Assembly (NCBI RefSeq): GCF_000315625.1
Contig: NW_005434532.1
Coordinates: forward strand, 98,703-162,702
DNA length: 64,000 bases
Direction: 5' to 3'
DNA from: Guillardia theta CCMP2712
Lineage: Eukaryota; Protista; Cryptophyta
Numbering within the stretch: the first letter of the stretch is position 1; the number at the start of each line of letters is the position of its first letter. The notes under the pieces were generated by a model. That model did no database searches. It saw nothing but the letters and a program-made list of their open reading frames with translations, and had not been told where the DNA came from. Shown piece by piece: positions 58,577-64,000 of the stretch. A program made the position numbers and the translations under genes.

Positions 58577-61500
58577 ATGCTCTACAGCTTGAAGTTCAAG
58601 AGAGTGGTCGTGATGGCACTGGTCCTCTGTTGTGGTAGCATAGGTGACTCCATGGACCGAGGATCTCAAGGTTCCACTTTTTCCTTGTCGCGATCAGGCT
58701 CCCCAGCACATGGAGACAACGACTGGGTGTCACACGATTCGGGGAGGGACGAAGATATGCTGAAGAGAATTGTATCAGATGCCATGTCGAAAGTGAAGAA
58801 GGAATTGAACTCATCGATCTGCTATCTGTGAAATTGCTTTTGCAGGTCGCAGAACAGAGCAAGCCCCATACACAAAACGACGAGCCGGAAACTTGGGGAC
58901 CCCGAGGCATGTTTCACACGAACGCAAGGACTGCTGTTCAACGAGTAAGATGGTTGGTCTTCGGCTTGGAGTTGAAGATTGTCTTGTCAGGCTCGTGATC
59001 TTAAAACTATCTTGTTTGTATACATACCAGATGATTCGGAACAGAAACAGGAGAAGAGCTCCGTGCATCTTGAACCGTTACTACAACGACGAGATGTTCG
59101 ACTGCTGCTATCTTCCGAATGCGTCCTGTTGTGTCTTTTCCCTGACACTCCGGATTCTGCCTGGCTGTTTCAACTTTATGGGTTGCCCAAGTCCCTTCCA
59201 TCAGGTATGGGGTTACTTTGATGTGTTGGGATAGCAACTCTAAAGTAGAATAAGTTTACATAGTCATGCCAAATGGAACACTTTATGATGTCATTGAAGA
59301 AATCAACGCTCCTGCTGTAAGAACTTGATATCATCTGGTTGACAAATTGAGAATTTCACAAAGATTTTTCGTTCTGTGGATAAGGCTCTCCTTGCTATAC
59401 ATAAGGGTAAAATTTTGCATTTTTCGCAAATTCTTACCAGCAACAGGCCAAAAGACAGCAAATTTGCTTGCAAAGTTCCGCAAAAAAGAGAGAAGGAGAA
59501 AGAGTCTGAGCAAGACAATTGTACAAAGTGTGCCACCCAAAGAGAAGAAGCGCAGGCCATTTCATCTCAGACCCAGCTCTTTACGAAATGTGATTGCCTC
59601 GTTTGATTACGCACTCACCCTGACACTTTCCTGTTTGAATGTTTAGAATGCGCTCAATCCAATCAGTTTTGGCGAAGGCTTCTTCACTCTTGACGAGCTT
59701 GATGCAAACTTTGATGACGTGTATTTGAAAGAATCTCAGGTCAACCTTTCGAATATGTTGAAAGGGTTCTGACATATCTTGAAGTATCACAAGAAACTTC
59801 TTGACGCTTTGCCCTTGATCGATGAATCCAAACCAACGACGAATATTCGTGAACATGAGCAGGAATTCATGCCTGTTAAGGTTGATGCTAATGCTGTCCG
59901 TATTCCACAATGATTTCGGTGTCTTTTCAGACTGTCGGGCATTTCAACGAATTAGAGAGCTGCATTGCCCGTTGTATTTACCGCTTGGAATCTGAACCAG
60001 CCATTGAAAACATGACTGTCACGATGAACGGTGGACAGTACATCTGGCGTTGGGACCTCGAGGTAAGGAGTATAATCTCTTGATAAACACTGAAGTGCCT
60101 TCACTTTTTGCATGAAATCAGATCTCTCCTACGATTTTACAGAGAAAAGCTTTGGTTCCAGGAGGGACATGTTTTATTTCTGAGTGGGATGCATATATAG
60201 TAACAAGATTCTTTGCCTGCCATGCTCTCTGATAGTCCTGTAGTGTCAAGCAAGAATGGAGGCTTCTCCGTGGTTCCAGATATCCAACGTTGAAAACTAC
60301 ACCTTCAAGGGCAAAGAGGTTTGTCTGTGGCCGCAGCTTCAATGTAGTTGAGTGTCAGCAGATTGGTGTCTTGAACTTCCGATCAGATGGAGACTGTCAA
60401 ATGAGAGGGAAGTGGTGGCTCAAGCCAGGAGTCGCGGTCTGATAGTTGAGGTTGTTCAATGCAAGTGCTCAACATCAATTAGGGAACCTTCGAAGAGATG
60501 AACTTCGAGCATGAATCTCATTTTTCTGAGCCTTGTCCGCACACTGATCCAATCACTTGCAAGTAAGTGTTTGGCATTACCTATGAATATTAGGGAGGAA
60601 AGTATTAGAATGATTGTTATTTGACGAGCTCATAAGAAAGGATGAGGCGATTCAGTGTTGGACATCGAACTGCAGTGGAATTGCAGTTGCAGGAGTTTAC
60701 GAGGTATTTGTCTTCAAAGTGCATCTCGAATTACATTCTGCTTTGCAGATGCGAGACGAAGAATGTCCTTTGATAACAAGTCAAAGTCCTATCATATCCT
60801 TTGATCCCCTGGTATGCTAGTTTGTAATGCATGGAGTTTGAATTTCATTCTTCCTCAGAAAATGAAGAATGAGGAGGGGATGAGCTTCACAGCTCAAGGG
60901 AGGTAGTAGTTCTTGACTTCATCTGCTCGAGTCTCAACTTTTGGACTACACTGATACAGGTGGGAAGGGTCTCACTCAGGAGGAAAATGGGAAGGAAACG
61001 TTTGGGTACCGAATATGCTTGAAGTCCACAACTCTCTGGTGGACAGATTGAAATACTTGCACACATCATACTTGGCCAATATACCATACACTTTTCAATA
61101 CTTCACTTGTGAGTTCTGCAAGGACAGGCAATTCACACTTATCAAGTTTGACACTTTGTTGTCTAAAAGTTTTTATCAACAGAGTGAAGAATTTGTTCAA
61201 CATTATGGGAGGACCATGGAACTTCAACAAATGTCATTTGCGAGGAGGTTGAAAAATTTCAAACATTATTTGTAATTTTTCTCATATTTCTTCAGCAAAG
61301 ATTGTTCTTGTCCGATTGACATACAAGAAGGCGAGAGTCAACTTGGACAAATGCTACATTGCAGGGATCAACGGACTTGACGACGGTTTGTGAACTTTGT
61401 GTGTAGCCATATTCAAACAAATTACAGCGGGAGAAGACAAAGGACATTCCTTTCATTTTCAAAAAGGTCAACCTTCCCTTTCCTAGTTTAATGTCAACTC

Positions 61501-61758
61501 GAACTTGCAGTTAAGGACGAACAGACTGTCCGTACCTGTCAATCCAAATATTCAGAGTCTGACCTGAGAGCTCATCTAGCAGTATGCACTATTGAGTTCC
61601 CTTCTGTCCATGAATTGTTCGAGCAGTTAAGTGCAGGAAGCAAAGGCTGCAAATTCAAAATCACAAAATGCATGATCGAAAATTGCGGGTGGAGTCAAGC
61701 TGCAAATAAGTTCGTGCAGGTCACTTCGTCTGCAGGTGGGGTGGAGGTGGAGGAATAA
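58577..61758 (+). CDS. Large hypothetical multi-exon protein with N-terminal hydrophobic leader
   Basis: MLYSLKFKRVVVMALVLCCG; consecutive GT-AG exons (GGQYIWRWDLE, MRGKWWLKPG, CKFKITKCMIENCG); stop 61756-61758. Confidence 0.45.
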
Positions 61759-61809
61759 TTTTGAAAGGAGCTTCTTGTACCGTAGAGAATACAACAATCA
61801 GAAAGTGCA

Positions 61810-63770
61810 TCAGGTTGCGAAATAAGCGCCTGAACGCTCTCGCTGCTCACGATCCGAATACAGAGGAATTGGGTTGATTGACGGCGCAAAAATCAGATTG
61901 GACACGTGTTGTTTGTTCAAGAACAGGTTGTCTCGTTGTAATTGAACTTCAGGACTCATGGATTCCAACAGCATTTTCAACTTTTTCAGCAAAGGAGAGG
62001 AGGTCTCGACACTTGACATCACAAATTCATCCATTGAAGGCAAATTTTTGATGGGAGACAACACGAGTGAGTTAATTTCTAGCATTGAAATTTTCGTGAC
62101 CAACGCAACGATTTTAATGACCTCTCTCATCAGATAATCTGAGGATTGTACAGTCCAGAAATTCTTTTATATGAAACAGAAAGCGATGTATAGCATTTTT
62201 AATTAGTATACACATCATCATGACATGTTATTATGCAAATTCAAGCAAGTCTTTTCTGTAAATTGCCAGACTTTACCTTCCTGGCACCTTTTCAGTTTCA
62301 AGATGCAGAAGTTTCCCTAACCAAAACGTCAGAGCGAGTTGGAAAGAATCATTTACTGCCTCCGAGAAAGCTCCTGGATAGATACAAGGAAGTCCATCAA
62401 ACTCAATCAAATGTGTTTCTTTTAAGCGCCGCAAAGGGAGATGGTGTTTGTTTGCCACCTTCCCTGCGGTTTGCATTACTGTTTGTGAACCATCCTCCAA
62501 AATTGACTCATCTATGCCAAACTTTGAGCACGTTGAAAGCTCAGATGAGTAGACCTTTCATAGTGCAGTCTCCATGTTTGGGGTCGTCAGATCCGAAACA
62601 AATAAGCGAGAATTTCGCTGAGAAATCTTGTTTCTGGTCGAATAGATCAGACTCAAATTTCATGTCACGGTACTGAGGTGGATTTGGCACCTTTGAAATT
62701 ACGTTCGTCCAAGAATCAGCAAGATGTGGTCTTGTTGGAGAACTTCCAATTTGATCCTCAGCTGCAAGAAAATATTAAAATGAAACAGCCGATGGATGAA
62801 ATGGCACCATCATGACTGATGTTGCAATTAGACAAGATGACAACGCTATCTCCTTGCATGATAAAGTCTTGTCCCATCCTTGAGGTTAAGCACATGAGGC
62901 TATTCATGTCATTCTTGTGACAATCACATCCTTCTGCTTACTGCTGTTGGTTATCAGAACCTTCTTTCTGCTGCAACGAATTCTCCGCATTCATGTGTCT
63001 TTCTATCTCTGTCATGGGCATCTGTTTGTGATGTCATGAGGAGACAAATTCATTGTCTTCAACCCCTCCCCGCTATGCCCAATGTTTCACCTTGCCATAG
63101 TCGAAGCCCAACAACACGAGGTCTTGAGCAATCCTCAAGCAGCGATGATATAGATTGCATGAGTTTGATGTTAGACGCGGCAGCTGAGACCCGCTGCCCT
63201 GTCATCCACACGTCATCATACAAGAAGCCCCTTCAGCACTCTTGCCTGAGTTGTAGGCGGGTCGTGACGCCCAGGGACGTAGGCAACGCGGCATTGAATG
63301 TTCTCCAGTGCTACACTACAAGTCATGAAGAACGTATGCAGTCAAAGTGAGACTGGAACCAGAAATGATCGCACTTGTGTCCCCTTCGCTCGCTGACAAC
63401 ATCTCTGGCTTCTGCTCATGGATAAGTTGAACAGCATTTCTACAACAAAATACATGGTCGCTATTGTCCAGGAAGATCAAATTTCCAGTCACCCAAATCA
63501 TGTCGACATGAATAGATTGAGCCTGTCAACTCGACTCACAAATGTCTTCAGAGAGGAGTCAACACGCACCGTAAGAAACTCAGCGAGCTTGTGGATGTTC
63601 GAAAGGTTACTTTTAACATCCGAAACTAGAAGAACCTCAAAGAGCTTCTTAATCGAGCTCCAAGAAATATTGTCTCACCAAGAGTTCATCAACGTGCGAG
63701 CGATAATCGTAAAATGCTGGATAGATCTGGAGCAATTTGATTCGAATGTGTGAACAATAATATCATACCT
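61810..63770 (-). CDS. Hypothetical multi-exon protein, probably starting near or beyond the window end
   Basis: Open exons IRIKLLQIYPAFYDYRSHVDELL, DMIWVTGNLIFLD and terminal ORF 61810..62130. Confidence 0.35.
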
Positions 63771-63803
63771 CACACATTGTTATCAGTTTGCTTTCGGCAG
63801 GCA

Positions 63804-63853
63804 GGTTCCAGGTTTAGGGTTCCAGGTTTAGGGTTCCAGGTTTAGGGTTTAGG
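63804..63853 (+). repeat. Interstitial telomere-like repeat (GGTTCCA-GGTTTAG)x3 + GGTTTAGG
   Basis: Contains TTTAGGG units alternating with a TTCCAGG variant. Confidence 0.8.
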
Positions 63854-64000
63854 CACAGAGAACAAGCCTGAGCACGAAGGATATGAGAAGGCTGGCAGAC
63901 GACAGGGTAAAGACCAACGAGGACAAATCAAAAGGGAAGCCTCAAAAGCAAGCAACCAGGATCAGCATGGCAGGGAAGGGGCAAGGACACAGGAGACAGT

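Noticed and set aside
1-64000. CRISPR arrays, rRNA or tRNA genes, prokaryotic operons
   Set aside because: No repeat-spacer periodicity or recognisable structural RNA seen by eye; spliceosomal introns throughout. A tRNAscan/Infernal run was not possible.

Overview
Gene-dense eukaryotic nuclear DNA with many short (~40-200 nt) GT-AG introns, CTGAC-type branch points, purine/pyrimidine microsatellite-filled introns and one 100-N assembly gap. Gene style (bipartite plastid leader, RWP-RK gene, short introns) suggests a cryptophyte alga such as Guillardia theta; this is an inference. Genes recognised by hand-splicing: a Pus1/TruA pseudouridine synthase with a long N-terminal extension, a METTL13/EEF1AKMT4-like methyltransferase, a DUF1757-like membrane protein, a MORN/IQ protein, a secreted LRR protein, a Myb/SANT-like protein, a WIPI/ATG18 PROPPIN, an apparently full-length CAMSAP/Patronin, a SANT-like domain fused to a bacterial-type class I aldolase, a COMT with an apparent thylakoid-lumen leader, a SET-TPR-2OG-Fe(II) oxygenase fusion and an RWP-RK factor, plus several hypotheticals. 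Most notable: (1) the DNA-binding-domain::aldolase fusion, a candidate metabolite-sensing regulator; (2) CAMSAP with N-terminal, CH and CKK modules plus an extra CH domain in a non-animal; (3) a 2.5-kb segment between 495-bp inverted repeats whose orientation splits the MORN gene; (4) recurring GC-rich, palindrome-saturated intergenic islands 5' of genes. Exon boundaries and family calls come from manual reading and motif memory, not from searches.
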